From: Candidatus Obscuribacterales bacterium
GTDB lineage: Bacteria; Cyanobacteriota; Vampirovibrionia; Obscuribacterales; Obscuribacteraceae
NCBI GenBank assembly: GCA_965228855.1
Contig: CBDDIJ010000002.1
Span: 1,600,001 to 1,664,000, forward strand
Length of the DNA stretch: 64,000 bases
Reading direction: 5' to 3'
The translations under genes were made by a program, and so were the position numbers. This document shows positions 55,130 through 64,000 of the stretch, one piece after another. The notes under the pieces are model-generated. The model worked only from the letters and a program-made list of their open reading frames with translations, was not told the origin of the DNA and ran no database searches. The number at the start of each line of letters is the position of its first letter. Positions within the stretch are counted from its first letter, which is position 1.

Positions 55130-55483
55130 GCTTAGAGGGAGTTACTCATTCTTAGGGCGTCTGTATGCCTAAACGGAATATTTTTTGACCACATATTCCA
55201 CTCGGGAATTTTAACTCGGTAATCTGCTGTAGCTATGCTGGCGGAGAGGCATGTTAGCAGTGAATTTCGACCCGTTTAGACGTTAGGCGTAACAACTTAC
55301 CAGCGATTTCGCCTCAATTCCGCATCAGCGTGTTCATTTTTATTCCTAACCGGAATAACCTTTCTGAAATCATTCCACTCAAGAATATCTCCTCGGTAAT
55401 GAGGTCCCGGTCAGACCGCGAAGGCCGCTCCGAGGAAAGTAAAACCGCTCCGAAGCAAAACGCTCGGATCGCTCAAAGGAGAA

Positions 55484-55519
55484 CGCCAGGGGCGTCAATA
55501 TTTTGACAAACCCCTGGCG
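55484..55519. terminator. Long hairpin downstream of ald, probable terminator
   Basis: CGCCAGGGG/CCCCTGGCG with inner GTCAA/TTGAC; T-rich flank on the + strand, weaker on the - strand. Confidence 0.55.
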
Positions 55520-55572
55520 ATTTTTCTGTTTCAGTTTTCTTAGATGGCGACAGCGTTTCGCTGCAGCCAAGC

Positions 55573-56670
55573 CTAGACGGCTGCCGGCTGTCCGACTGCT
55601 TCGAGAACGCCCGGATGAACGATCTCGCCGTTGTGGATGTTGACGCCCTTCATCAAGGCTGAGTCTTCCAGGCAAGCTTTGTAGCCGAGCTTGGCGAGTT
55701 TCAGACCATAGTTCATGGTGGCGTTGGTGAGTGCGCGGGTCGAAGTCCACGGTACAGCGCCAGGAATGTTGGCGACGCCGTAGTGCAGGACGCCTTCGTA
55801 CACGTAGGTCGGTGCAGAGTGAGTGGTTGCGTGGATGGTTTCGATGCAACCGCCCTGGTCGACGGAGACGTCGACGATGACTGCGCCCGGCTTCATGTTC
55901 TTGACCATTTCTTTGGTGACGATTCTCGGAGCTTGTTTGCCCGGGATGAGAACCGCGCCGATTACGAGGTCAGCGGTCGGGAGGATTTCTTCGAGGTATT
56001 TGCCTACGGAATAAACCGTTCTCAATTGACCGTTGAACACGTCGTCAAGATAACGGAGACGATCGAGCGAGAGATCGAAGATTGTGACGCGAGCGCCCAG
56101 TCCGAGCGCGATTTTCGCTGCGTTGGTTCCGACCACGCCGCCACCGATGATGATGACTTCGCCCGGCTCCACGCCTGGGACGCCGCCCAGCAATACGCCG
56201 CGACCGCCCATGGGACGCTCGAGGTAGTTAGCGCCGATTTGCGCGCTCAAACGACCGGCGATTTCGGACATCGGCGTGAGCAGCGGGAGAGCGCCATTTG
56301 CGGTTTGAACCGTTTCGTAAGCGACGCATGTAGCGCCAGTCTTGGCGAGATCAACAGCCAGTTTCGGATCTGCAGCGAGGTGCAAATAAGTGTAGAGAAT
56401 CTGACCCTTGCGGATCATCGGGATTTCGGAAGCTTGCGGCTCTTTGACCTTGAAGATCAAGTCGGCTTCCTGGAAAACTGCTGCGGCATCAGGAAGAATC
56501 TTCGCGCCAGCAGCTTTGTATTCATCATCACTGATACCGCTTCCGACACCAGCATTTTTCTCGACGTATACGGAATGACCTTCCGCGAGGAGGGCACTGA
56601 CGCCAGCGAGCGTCAGAGCAACACGATATTCGTGATCCTTAATTTCTTTGGGTACTCCAACCTTGGCCAA
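55573..56670 (-). CDS. ald: Alanine dehydrogenase
   Basis: [59 protein letters not shown] 56670 after GGAGGG SD. Confidence 0.97.
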   Translation of the reverse strand: MAKVGVPKEIKDHEYRVALTLAGVSALLAEGHSVYVEKNAGVGSGISDDEYKAAGAKILPDAAAVFQEADLIFKVKEPQASEIPMIRKGQILYTYLHLAADPKLAVDLAKTGATCVAYETVQTANGALPLLTPMSEIAGRLSAQIGANYLERPMGGRGVLLGGVPGVEPGEVIIIGGGVVGTNAAKIALGLGARVTIFDLSLDRLRYLDDVFNGQLRTVYSVGKYLEEILPTADLVIGAVLIPGKQAPRIVTKEMVKNMKPGAVIVDVSVDQGGCIETIHATTHSAPTYVYEGVLHYGVANIPGAVPWTSTRALTNATMNYGLKLAKLGYKACLEDSALMKGVNIHNGEIVHPGVLEAVGQPAAV

Positions 56671-56812
56671 GAGACAGCCCTCCATTGCAAAAAACTTTAA
56701 CCATATTTCGACCTAAGATCTTAGCCTGGCAGGATGCCAACTCCATATACTTTGATACTGTTTTTAGTATTGATGCCTTCTTTAGAAGGATCTCACAAGG
56801 AATCAGGTCGAT

Positions 56813-57991
56813 ATGTCACAGTCTTTAGTAATCGTAAATGGCGCAAGAACGGCTTTTGGAGCGTATGGAGGCGGTTTGGCCACTCAAACCGCAACCGATC
56901 TCGCGGTCACCGCGACAAAGGGCGCACTCGCGAAAGCCAAGGTCGACGCCAGCGATGTTGACTACGTCGTTATGGGCAACGTCCTCCAGACCAGCAAGGA
57001 CGCCATCTACCTTGCTCGCCACGTTGCTCTGCGCAGCGGATGCAAGGAGTCGACGCCGGGTCTGATTCTTAATCTGCTCTGCGGCTCCGGTGTCATGGCG
57101 GTCGCCAACGCCGAGATGCTCATCAACTCCAATCAGGCGAAAGTAGTAGTCGCAGGCGGAACCGACTCGCTGTCGATGACGCCTTACATAACCTGGGGCG
57201 TGCGCTGGGGCTCGCGCATGGGACATGCTGAACTCTGGGACGGTCTCGACATCCGCGATACCTATCCCAACGCTTCCATGGGCGAAACGGCCGAGAATCT
57301 TCAAGCCGACTACAAAATTTCCAGAGAAGAACAAGACGAATTCGCGCTGCTCAGCCAACACAGATTCCGTGATGCGCTTGCCAAGGGTGTTTTCAAAGAG
57401 GAAATCGTTCCTGTCGTTATCAAAGACCGTAAAGGCAAAGAGGTTTCAATCGAACTTGACGAGCATCCGAGACCCGAAACCGTCATTGAAGGATTGCAAA
57501 AGCTCAAGCCTGCATTCAAAAAGGATGGAACAGTTACAGCCGGCAATGCGTGCGGTATCGTAGATGGTGCCTCCGCGCTGGTCGTGATGTCCGAGGATGA
57601 AGCGAAGAAGCGCGGACTCTCTCCGTTAACTCGGGTGGTCTCGTGGGCCGTAACCGGTGTTCCACCTCGCATCATGGGTATTGGACCGGTGCCGGCTATT
57701 CCGATGGCACTCGAGAAAGCCGGGTTGAAACTCGAAGATATCGACTTGATTGAAATCAACGAAGCATTCGCTGCACAGTATCTGGCGTGCGAGAAGGAGT
57801 TGAAACTCGATCGTAATAAGGTGAACGTGAACGGCGGAGCAATCGCCGTTGGTCACCCATTCGGAGCGACCGGTGCGCGCTTGCTGTTGACGTTGTCTAA
57901 CGAACTTCAACGCCGAAAAGCTCGCTACGGTATGGTCAGCCTCTGCATCGGCGGCGGCATGGGCATTGCAATGATAATCGAGCGCGTCTAG
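56813..57991 (+). CDS. Acetyl-CoA C-acyltransferase (thiolase)
   Basis: NLLCGSG, MGETAE, TAGNA, NEAFA, GHPFGATG, LCIGGG. Confidence 0.96.
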   Translation: MSQSLVIVNGARTAFGAYGGGLATQTATDLAVTATKGALAKAKVDASDVDYVVMGNVLQTSKDAIYLARHVALRSGCKESTPGLILNLLCGSGVMAVANAEMLINSNQAKVVVAGGTDSLSMTPYITWGVRWGSRMGHAELWDGLDIRDTYPNASMGETAENLQADYKISREEQDEFALLSQHRFRDALAKGVFKEEIVPVVIKDRKGKEVSIELDEHPRPETVIEGLQKLKPAFKKDGTVTAGNACGIVDGASALVVMSEDEAKKRGLSPLTRVVSWAVTGVPPRIMGIGPVPAIPMALEKAGLKLEDIDLIEINEAFAAQYLACEKELKLDRNKVNVNGGAIAVGHPFGATGARLLLTLSNELQRRKARYGMVSLCIGGGMGIAMIIERV

Positions 57992-58021
57992 CACCGTAGG
58001 TGGTGCCAGTTTCTGAAAAGA

Positions 58022-60010
58022 TTATCGTCCTTGCAGGTTCCGGAGATCTTTCCATGGGTCTGCCGCTCGTGTTTTGGTTTGCTGCGGTTTTGCTGGTGCG
58101 GTAACTTTCGACGGTCGGGTAACTCTTGCAGTGGGAGCGGAAGCCGGCTGACGCTTCGGTTTGCTAACGTGTTTCGGTGGCGCCGGATGTTTGATGCTGA
58201 CTTGCTCCTCCTCCTCCTTCAGTGAGTCACTGGGACTTCTCTCGGGAGTGGTGACTGCGCTTGTTGCACTGCGTGAGCTGTCTGTGGAATCTTCCTCTTC
58301 GGTGGTGCTATTGGTGGTGCTCCTCGTTATTCTGTGTTGAGGGACATCTGTCGATTTCGACATCGTCGCGTAGACGATAGCAATGCCCGCGCAGATAATC
58401 ACCGCTACGACCAGATACGGCAACCAGGCTTTTAAAGCTACATCTCCAGACCCACGCGAAAGTTCGACATCAACCGGATGAGCTGTCAGGCTAGGTTTGC
58501 CACGGTCAACGGAGGCACCATCCCTTCCGGTAACAGCTTGTTGATTGAAGCCTACATCGACAGGTTCCATCGAGGCTGCGGTAGAGGGCACTGTATGTGG
58601 TGTCGTGGTAACTGAGGTTGGTTTGTCCGATTTGTAGTTCGATGTCTGCGAAATCGACTGGGAAGCAGAGGTCCCTGACTCAAATCCGTCCCCGCTGCCG
58701 GTGGGGCGGGCCCACTTGCTTCTCGGTTGTTGCGGCTGCATGTTACCGGTTTGAGACTTCGCCTCGATGGCGTCTGTGGCAGGCATGTTGCTGGTCTGAA
58801 ACTTTGCCTCGACGGAGTCTGTGGCCTGCATGTTGCCGGTTTGCGACTTCGCCTCTAGGGAGTCTGCGGCCGGCTCGTCGACGAAGTCATCCGCGCCGGT
58901 TTGCAACATACCGGCAAACCAGGCCATTTGCTGGCTTTTCTCTGAGCGAGCTGAACCCTCACCGGATGTCGCAGGCAGAGAATTTCCCGACCCCAGAAAT
59001 CCTGCGGCTGAACCCTGTGCCCCTCCGACCATTGAGCCTCCTGATGCAGAGCCGGTCGATCTTGAGTGCGAGTGCGATGACGGGTGTAAGTAAAGCTCTC
59101 CTGAATTACGATCGCTGTTTGCGCAGGCTGACATCAACGCGTCGCGCAGTTCCAGCGCGGAATTGAACCGGCTAACGGGGTTTTTCTCCATCGCCTGAAA
59201 GATCACGGACTCTACGGCGTAAGGCACAACAGCTGCGGGATTCACCTCCGCAAAGCTGGCTGGCACAGTGTTGACGTGTCTCTGGATCAGTTCAAAAATT
59301 GTGGTGGCATACCAGAACGGATCTTTGCCCGTCAGCATTTCGTACATCACACACCCGAGCGCATAGATGTCGGAACGTTCGTCTCCCGACTCGCCCATAC
59401 ACTGCTCAGGACTCATGTATGGCGGGCTTCCCCAGAGTTCTCCCGATTGTGTCAGCTTGCGATTGTCTTCACTGAGTTTTGCTAAACCGAAGTCGACGAC
59501 TTTGACGAAATCCATTTCGTCATCCATCAGAACGATGTTGCCGGGCTTGAGATCTCTGTGGATGATGCCGCGTTTATGGGCATGGTCCATCGCGCTGCAT
59601 ACTTGCATCGAGATGCGCGCGAAACGATCGACCGGCAGCGGACCGTCGGCTTCGATCAAAGTTTCCAAACTGCGACCCCGCAGATAGTCCATTACCACAT
59701 ACGGTTGTCCGTCTTCCCCGATAATGCAATCATATACGGTGACAACATTGGGATGGCTCAAGGCGCAAAGACTGCTGATCTCGCGCTCGAACCGTTCTCT
59801 ATAAACCGGCTTGGAGTCTAGTTGTACGCGAATCGTTTTAATTGCTACGTGTCTGTTCACGGCAAGCTGTTTCGCTTTGTAGACGACGCTCATTCCGCCT
59901 GAACCAAGAACTTCTTCGATGTAAAAACGGTCACCAAGTTTGGTGCCGACTAGTGGATCGCGCGATTTCACGGCGTCCGTTTTTACGCTCTCATCGTTCT
60001 CCGGGCTCAT
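58022..60010 (-). CDS. Hanks-type Ser/Thr protein kinase with one TM segment
   Basis: LGSGGMSVVY, VAIK, HRDLKPGN, DFG, GSPPYMSPEQ, SDIYALG; TM YLVVAVIICAGIAIVY; start ATG 60010 overlaps the upstream stop (ATGA). Confidence 0.95.
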   Translation of the reverse strand: MSPENDESVKTDAVKSRDPLVGTKLGDRFYIEEVLGSGGMSVVYKAKQLAVNRHVAIKTIRVQLDSKPVYRERFEREISSLCALSHPNVVTVYDCIIGEDGQPYVVMDYLRGRSLETLIEADGPLPVDRFARISMQVCSAMDHAHKRGIIHRDLKPGNIVLMDDEMDFVKVVDFGLAKLSEDNRKLTQSGELWGSPPYMSPEQCMGESGDERSDIYALGCVMYEMLTGKDPFWYATTIFELIQRHVNTVPASFAEVNPAAVVPYAVESVIFQAMEKNPVSRFNSALELRDALMSACANSDRNSGELYLHPSSHSHSRSTGSASGGSMVGGAQGSAAGFLGSGNSLPATSGEGSARSEKSQQMAWFAGMLQTGADDFVDEPAADSLEAKSQTGNMQATDSVEAKFQTSNMPATDAIEAKSQTGNMQPQQPRSKWARPTGSGDGFESGTSASQSISQTSNYKSDKPTSVTTTPHTVPSTAASMEPVDVGFNQQAVTGRDGASVDRGKPSLTAHPVDVELSRGSGDVALKAWLPYLVVAVIICAGIAIVYATMSKSTDVPQHRITRSTTNSTTEEEDSTDSSRSATSAVTTPERSPSDSLKEEEEQVSIKHPAPPKHVSKPKRQPASAPTARVTRPSKVTAPAKPQQTKTRAADPWKDLRNLQGR
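58733..58870 (-). repeat. In-frame 45-bp tandem repeat, 3 copies (15 aa: DS.EAK.QT.NM.AT)
   Basis: GCATGTT at 58738, 58783 and 58828. Confidence 0.85.
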
Positions 60011-61047
60011 GGAGGTCCACCGCCACCGCCGCCCGGTGCCATTATGTCGACGCCGGTCAATTTCATGCTCAACGAATGAAACTGAGCGATCATCGCGCAA
60101 GCCTGACCACGTTTGTTCGCTGCGATAAGCGCATCAATTTGTTGTTTGAGTTGTCGCAACTGCTGAGCATCGTTGCCTGAGACCCGATTGATCACCATGG
60201 GCGCACCGGCTGAGTAGCTTTGCAGTATATGGTCAACGTTTGGTGGCACTGCGAAATCATTACCTGTTCCGGGACCCGGTAAGTTCATCGGCACATTCGC
60301 GGTATTCGCCTGACGTCCACCGTTCGGTCCACCAATTGGTCCGCCCGTTTGAGAACCCGCTGAGTTGCCGCCTGATTTCAAAATCAATCTGTGACCACTT
60401 GCCGCTTGCTTTGCTTGTTTGACCTGGTCTTCCTGCTCAGTCAGTTTTGTCTCCAGATAGCTTATCTTCTGGGTCAGTTCCGCAGAACCGCCAGCTTTGC
60501 TGAGAGTCTCAATCTGAGCAAACAGTGTTTCGAACGGCTTGACTCCTGTTCCTCGTTGCCTCAGTTTGTCGATCCTCTTCCAGATCAGCAGCCTTCTTTC
60601 CATCTCCGCACCTGGTACCACATTCGGTGCTGCCTCTTCTTTCACGGGAATTAGAGTGAGCGAGCCGAGAAGTTCACTCGGCGATTTCCTGCCGGCACCG
60701 AAATCATCGATAACACCCTTGGAGACGGAAACATACCGTGCTGTGCGCCCGGATTGAGAATAAAGCACCTTGACGGCCGATACCTGCTCCGGGGCCGCCT
60801 CCATCAAAGTTTTCGCGTAGAAAACTGCGTCTATTTTTAAGTCGTTATCTGTGGCATCAGGTTTTCCCTGTGCCAGGACAGTTACTGTAGGTCCGGTCCC
60901 GACCGCTTTGGGCTCGGTTGTTTTCTTTCCGACGTTGGCACTTTCGAGCACGCCGGTGAGTTGTCCGGCAGTTAGCGCTGCCCATGAGCTTTTCGCATCC
61001 ATGAGAAGCAGCGTAATTATTATGACGGCAAAATATAACCGTTTCAT
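60007..61047 (-). CDS. Secreted hypothetical protein coupled to the kinase
   Basis: Signal peptide MKRLYFAVIIITLLLMDAKSSWA, helical segments, Gly/Pro-rich linkers. Confidence 0.8.
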   Translation of the reverse strand: MKRLYFAVIIITLLLMDAKSSWAALTAGQLTGVLESANVGKKTTEPKAVGTGPTVTVLAQGKPDATDNDLKIDAVFYAKTLMEAAPEQVSAVKVLYSQSGRTARYVSVSKGVIDDFGAGRKSPSELLGSLTLIPVKEEAAPNVVPGAEMERRLLIWKRIDKLRQRGTGVKPFETLFAQIETLSKAGGSAELTQKISYLETKLTEQEDQVKQAKQAASGHRLILKSGGNSAGSQTGGPIGGPNGGRQANTANVPMNLPGPGTGNDFAVPPNVDHILQSYSAGAPMVINRVSGNDAQQLRQLKQQIDALIAANKRGQACAMIAQFHSLSMKLTGVDIMAPGGGGGGPP

Positions 61048-61149
61048 CAATCTTGGATCTCCGGATATGGCCTTTTTATGCCAATATACGGAGTCCATTA
61101 AACGCTGAATTCTGGTGCTTGTTTGCGACGGGCTGACTGTTTTGCCTGT

Positions 61150-61392
61150 TTACTTGACGATGCCTGACTTTACGTAGTTAGCCAGAATTTGTTCGATCTC
61201 ACGCCAAATTGGCTCCGAATCACGCTCCTGATTGTGCTTGTCGTACAACTCAGCGAGTTCCAACAGAGCAATTCCGGTATCCAAACTGTTTGGTCCATTT
61301 TTCTCAATCGCTTTGTTCACTTGTTTCTTGTACAAGTCCTCTTTCGAGTTTATATGCTTTGATTGAGGTGTTTTGGAAAGTGTCTGAACCAT
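61150..61392 (-). CDS. Small single-TPR-like protein (80 aa)
   Basis: GPNSLDTGIALLELAELY..EPIWREI resembles one kinesin-light-chain TPR; AGAGG SD before ATG 61392. Confidence 0.65.
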   Translation of the reverse strand: MVQTLSKTPQSKHINSKEDLYKKQVNKAIEKNGPNSLDTGIALLELAELYDKHNQERDSEPIWREIEQILANYVKSGIVK

Positions 61393-61671
61393 CTGTGGTG
61401 CCCTCTGTGGTGACAGGAAGGTTGTAACATGCCTATTGACTACCGATGGATTTGACCTGTCTAATTTCCTCGAAAAGCCTTGCGGAGCCAGAAATAATGG
61501 CTCTTTACATTGCGTCGCTTCCAGCTTCTGAACGCAATGTTTTTTATCGGAAAGTGGATTTCTTTCTGCAGTCTGACAACTTCGGTCAGAAGCAAAAAAA
61601 TACGCATGCATCAGGGATGAAGACTGCACGCGTATTTCTTATTACAGTTGTGAGTGAGCTGTGATCTTGGA

Positions 61672-62073
61672 CTAACCCTTGTTATTCCACGTTACCACGC
61701 CGTTGCCCTTCTTGACTGGCTGCGGATCTTCATAACCATCCACTGCTTGAACGCCCAGTTCTTCAAATGCGTCCTTTTTCTCGTCTTGCACAGCGACTGT
61801 GGTGGCTTTTCTGTGATAGCCACGCGATCTGGCGTATGCGAGTTCGGGAAGAATAGATGGAGCGTAAGGCGGTGGTGGCGGAACCAGATAGCTCTTACCG
61901 CGACCACGATGAGCAATTACGCGTTTTGACGAATGCTTGGTGGTTTTTTTAGCCGCAACTCTCTGAGTGGCTTTGGCTTGTGACTGTTTCGTCTCGGTTG
62001 CTGATGCATCTTGCGCAGCTGTCGAGAATGAGACCAGCGCAATGACCAGTCCGGCTGATAGTCGCCCTAACAT
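61672..62073 (-). CDS. Secreted basic hypothetical protein
   Basis: Signal peptide, K/R-rich stretch, YLVPPPPPYAPS; GGAGGGG SD. Confidence 0.75.
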   Translation of the reverse strand: MLGRLSAGLVIALVSFSTAAQDASATETKQSQAKATQRVAAKKTTKHSSKRVIAHRGRGKSYLVPPPPPYAPSILPELAYARSRGYHRKATTVAVQDEKKDAFEELGVQAVDGYEDPQPVKKGNGVVTWNNKG

Positions 62074-62221
62074 GGAACCCCTCCACTTGGTGGCGATAGA
62101 GCCTGAACTCGCGCCACGGTATTTCCTGTGCCAAAGGCTACGGCACTACTCTTATTGTACCGCTGGTTGAAATATTTAAACTTAAACCCGGCATCGCTTC
62201 GATACATATGTGCTTAAGTTC

Positions 62222-62260
62222 AAAACATAACTGCTCCGTCGGGGCATGAAACGGAGCAGT
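62222..62260 (-). terminator. Probable intrinsic terminator
   Basis: Perfect 10-bp stem ACTGCTCCGT/ACGGAGCAGT followed by TATGTTTT on the minus strand. Confidence 0.6.
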
Positions 62261-62513
62261 CATATTTGGGGCACTGACAATTGTGTGCGCGCGCGAGCCT
62301 AGGGCTGGCAGCGGTTTATAGTTTTCGGTTTCTAGTAAGGGTGGGAGCGCGGATCGGCCGGACGCAGCGGAGAACCCACCTGTTATGGCGTGAAAATATT
62401 TGTCAAGAAGGTCGTAGGAAGACCGATAAATACCGGTCTTTGAAAGTTTGATGCCAGGAAATTGACCTTCACTTCCGGGTGAGCCACTTCCTTGCTCGAT
62501 GATTCGAGGTTGC

Positions 62514-62951
62514 CTACCTGGGTGGTCCGCCGGGACCGCTCGTCCCGCCAGGATGTTTGTCGAACCATTTTGCTTTGGGCTGACGGCGTTGTTGCTCGAT
62601 GGAGTCAAGGTTTTTGCCGTCGACAACCGGGTCCCAAGTGGCTACGGCGCCTCCCCACCAGGCTTTCAGGTCTACTGATGTGGTGGCGTTCTGTTTTCGA
62701 TCTTTTCGGACAATGACTGTATCTGGTTCTTGAACCTCCCCCTGCACTTCATTGCAGAGTTGCTTGAATTGTTTTTCTACCTGAATTCCTACATCTGCCT
62801 GGTAGGTAATCGGACTCATCGGATCTTCGCCGAATCTTTCGGCAAGCTCATCGAGACCTTTGACCCATGGGCTTTCGAGTTTTTTCTTGGGTGAGAAGAG
62901 ATTGAAGAGAAACTTGAGAGGAGGTAACTCCTTCCAATTGAACGTGGACAT
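62514..62951 (-). CDS. Hypothetical protein
   Basis: ORF from MSTFNWKE (GGAG upstream); Trp-containing, plausible composition; no family recognised. Confidence 0.6.
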   Translation of the reverse strand: MSTFNWKELPPLKFLFNLFSPKKKLESPWVKGLDELAERFGEDPMSPITYQADVGIQVEKQFKQLCNEVQGEVQEPDTVIVRKDRKQNATTSVDLKAWWGGAVATWDPVVDGKNLDSIEQQRRQPKAKWFDKHPGGTSGPGGPPR

Positions 62952-63181
62952 AGTTGGATTTGCTCCCACTGCTATTGAATGGCCATGCTGGAATAATTCC
63001 CATGACAACTCGCGGGTAACGGTTGAGCCTCCACTAAAATTTCAAGATGAACAAACCTTCATAATTGCTGGCGGTTTCTCCACGAGGCATAAGTCGCACC
63101 ATACCGAGGACGGTATCGCGCCAAATTAACAAAGCACCCGGCTTTCGCCGAGTGCTTTGCGTGCGTTGAAAGACCAGTCGA

Positions 63182-63808
63182 TTAGCTCGCTACGGTTGAC
63201 GATGTGACCAGTGCGAGTTGGGGAACGTGTGTCTCGATTGGAAGTTCGAGACGGAGTTGGTATTCGCCCGGCGGTTCGAAGCAGTGAATGCAACGTGCTT
63301 CGTACTGAGCGTCGCCAACAAGAATTTGTTCGTCGGAATGAACCATGCGTTGAGTGCGGCATGCGAAATCGGAACCGCACTTGCGGCAAACTGCAAGCAG
63401 TTTATCCACGCGATCGGCCATTGCCATCAGCTGCGGTACTACACCGAAAGCTTGACCACGATAGTCGAGGTCGAGACCGGAGACTATCAGTTTCTTTTTC
63501 TGTCTCAAAAGCATCTGGACGACGCCGATGAGGTCATCACTGAAGAATTGCGCTTCATCAATTCCAATTACAACTGCATGCGAGGAATATTTCAAAATTT
63601 CTTTCGGTTCTGCCACGACAATGGCTTGTGAAGCCAATCCGTTGCGTGACTCAACTTGATTTGGTTTCGAGCGCGTATCGGTTTTTGGGCGCACGATGAT
63701 TGTTGGCAAATAAGCGAGGCGAGCTCTCTCAATTCTTCGAATGAGTTCGCTGGATTTTCCGGCGCTCATGCATCCGACTATGACTTCGAATCTATATCCG
63801 CTCAGCAT
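63182..63808 (-). CDS. tdk: Thymidine kinase (TK1 type)
   Basis: GCMSAGKS, IDEAQFF, GLDLDYRG, zinc ligands CRKC and CIHC. Confidence 0.96.
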   Translation of the reverse strand: MLSGYRFEVIVGCMSAGKSSELIRRIERARLAYLPTIIVRPKTDTRSKPNQVESRNGLASQAIVVAEPKEILKYSSHAVVIGIDEAQFFSDDLIGVVQMLLRQKKKLIVSGLDLDYRGQAFGVVPQLMAMADRVDKLLAVCRKCGSDFACRTQRMVHSDEQILVGDAQYEARCIHCFEPPGEYQLRLELPIETHVPQLALVTSSTVAS

Positions 63809-64000
63809 TCAGTAATCTGTCTCCGGTATATTGGCGGGATGCCTTTTGGCGCTTGGCTAGGTCTGAAAACCAGTGATAGTAATCGTTTCGGTCCCAAACG
63901 CGAAACCTATGTTAACCAAATTCACGCGCCGGAGGGTTCGACAATATTAATCTGATCTGTCGATCAGACTGTCACAAACCCTGATCTGGTGCCCTACTCA

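Noticed and set aside
55425..55445. RNase P RNA (GAGGAAAGT)
   Set aside because: Match stops before the conserved CC and the other conserved regions are absent
55783..56700. 305-aa ORF antisense to ald, and similar antisense ORFs over recA and the thiolase
   Set aside because: Expected by-product of codon bias in highly expressed genes
62138..62626. 162-aa minus-strand ORF
   Set aside because: Overlaps the neighbouring CDS out of frame, crosses a terminator and has no motifs

Overview
64 kb of apparently core bacterial chromosome with about 50 CDSs and one tRNA (Arg-CCG). I saw no integrase, transposase, CRISPR array or prophage. The mix of kinesin-light-chain-like TPR proteins, a Hanks Ser/Thr kinase, giant orphan beta-rich proteins, YqeG, UppS, AddAB and Lnt suggests a diderm, possibly a non-photosynthetic cyanobacterial relative (Vampirovibrionia/Obscuribacterales); this placement is inference only. 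Recognisable genes: lnt, recA, a Crp/Fnr regulator, addB-addA, an MBOAT plus SGNH acylation pair, an archaeal-type aspartyl-tRNA synthetase, an MGDG-synthase/UgtP-like glycosyltransferase, uppS, a stressosome operon (rsbR-rsbS-rsbT-rsbT-phosphatase-kinase-receiver), mutS, xth, ald, a thiolase and tdk. The best hidden signal, absent from the ORF track, is a complete ribosome-mediated attenuator upstream of the synthetase: promoter, 25-codon Asn/Asp-rich leader peptide (MLFNIANNNNNDADN...), perfect 10-bp antiterminator and overlapping intrinsic terminator. Other notable items are two tandem paralogous orphan proteins (1533 and about 733 aa), a QLSLF beta-clamp motif in a disordered insertion of AddA, a duplicated rsbT, a candidate anti-SD small RNA or 3' UTR, and several tandem repeats. 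All calls come from reading motifs by eye; no searches were run.
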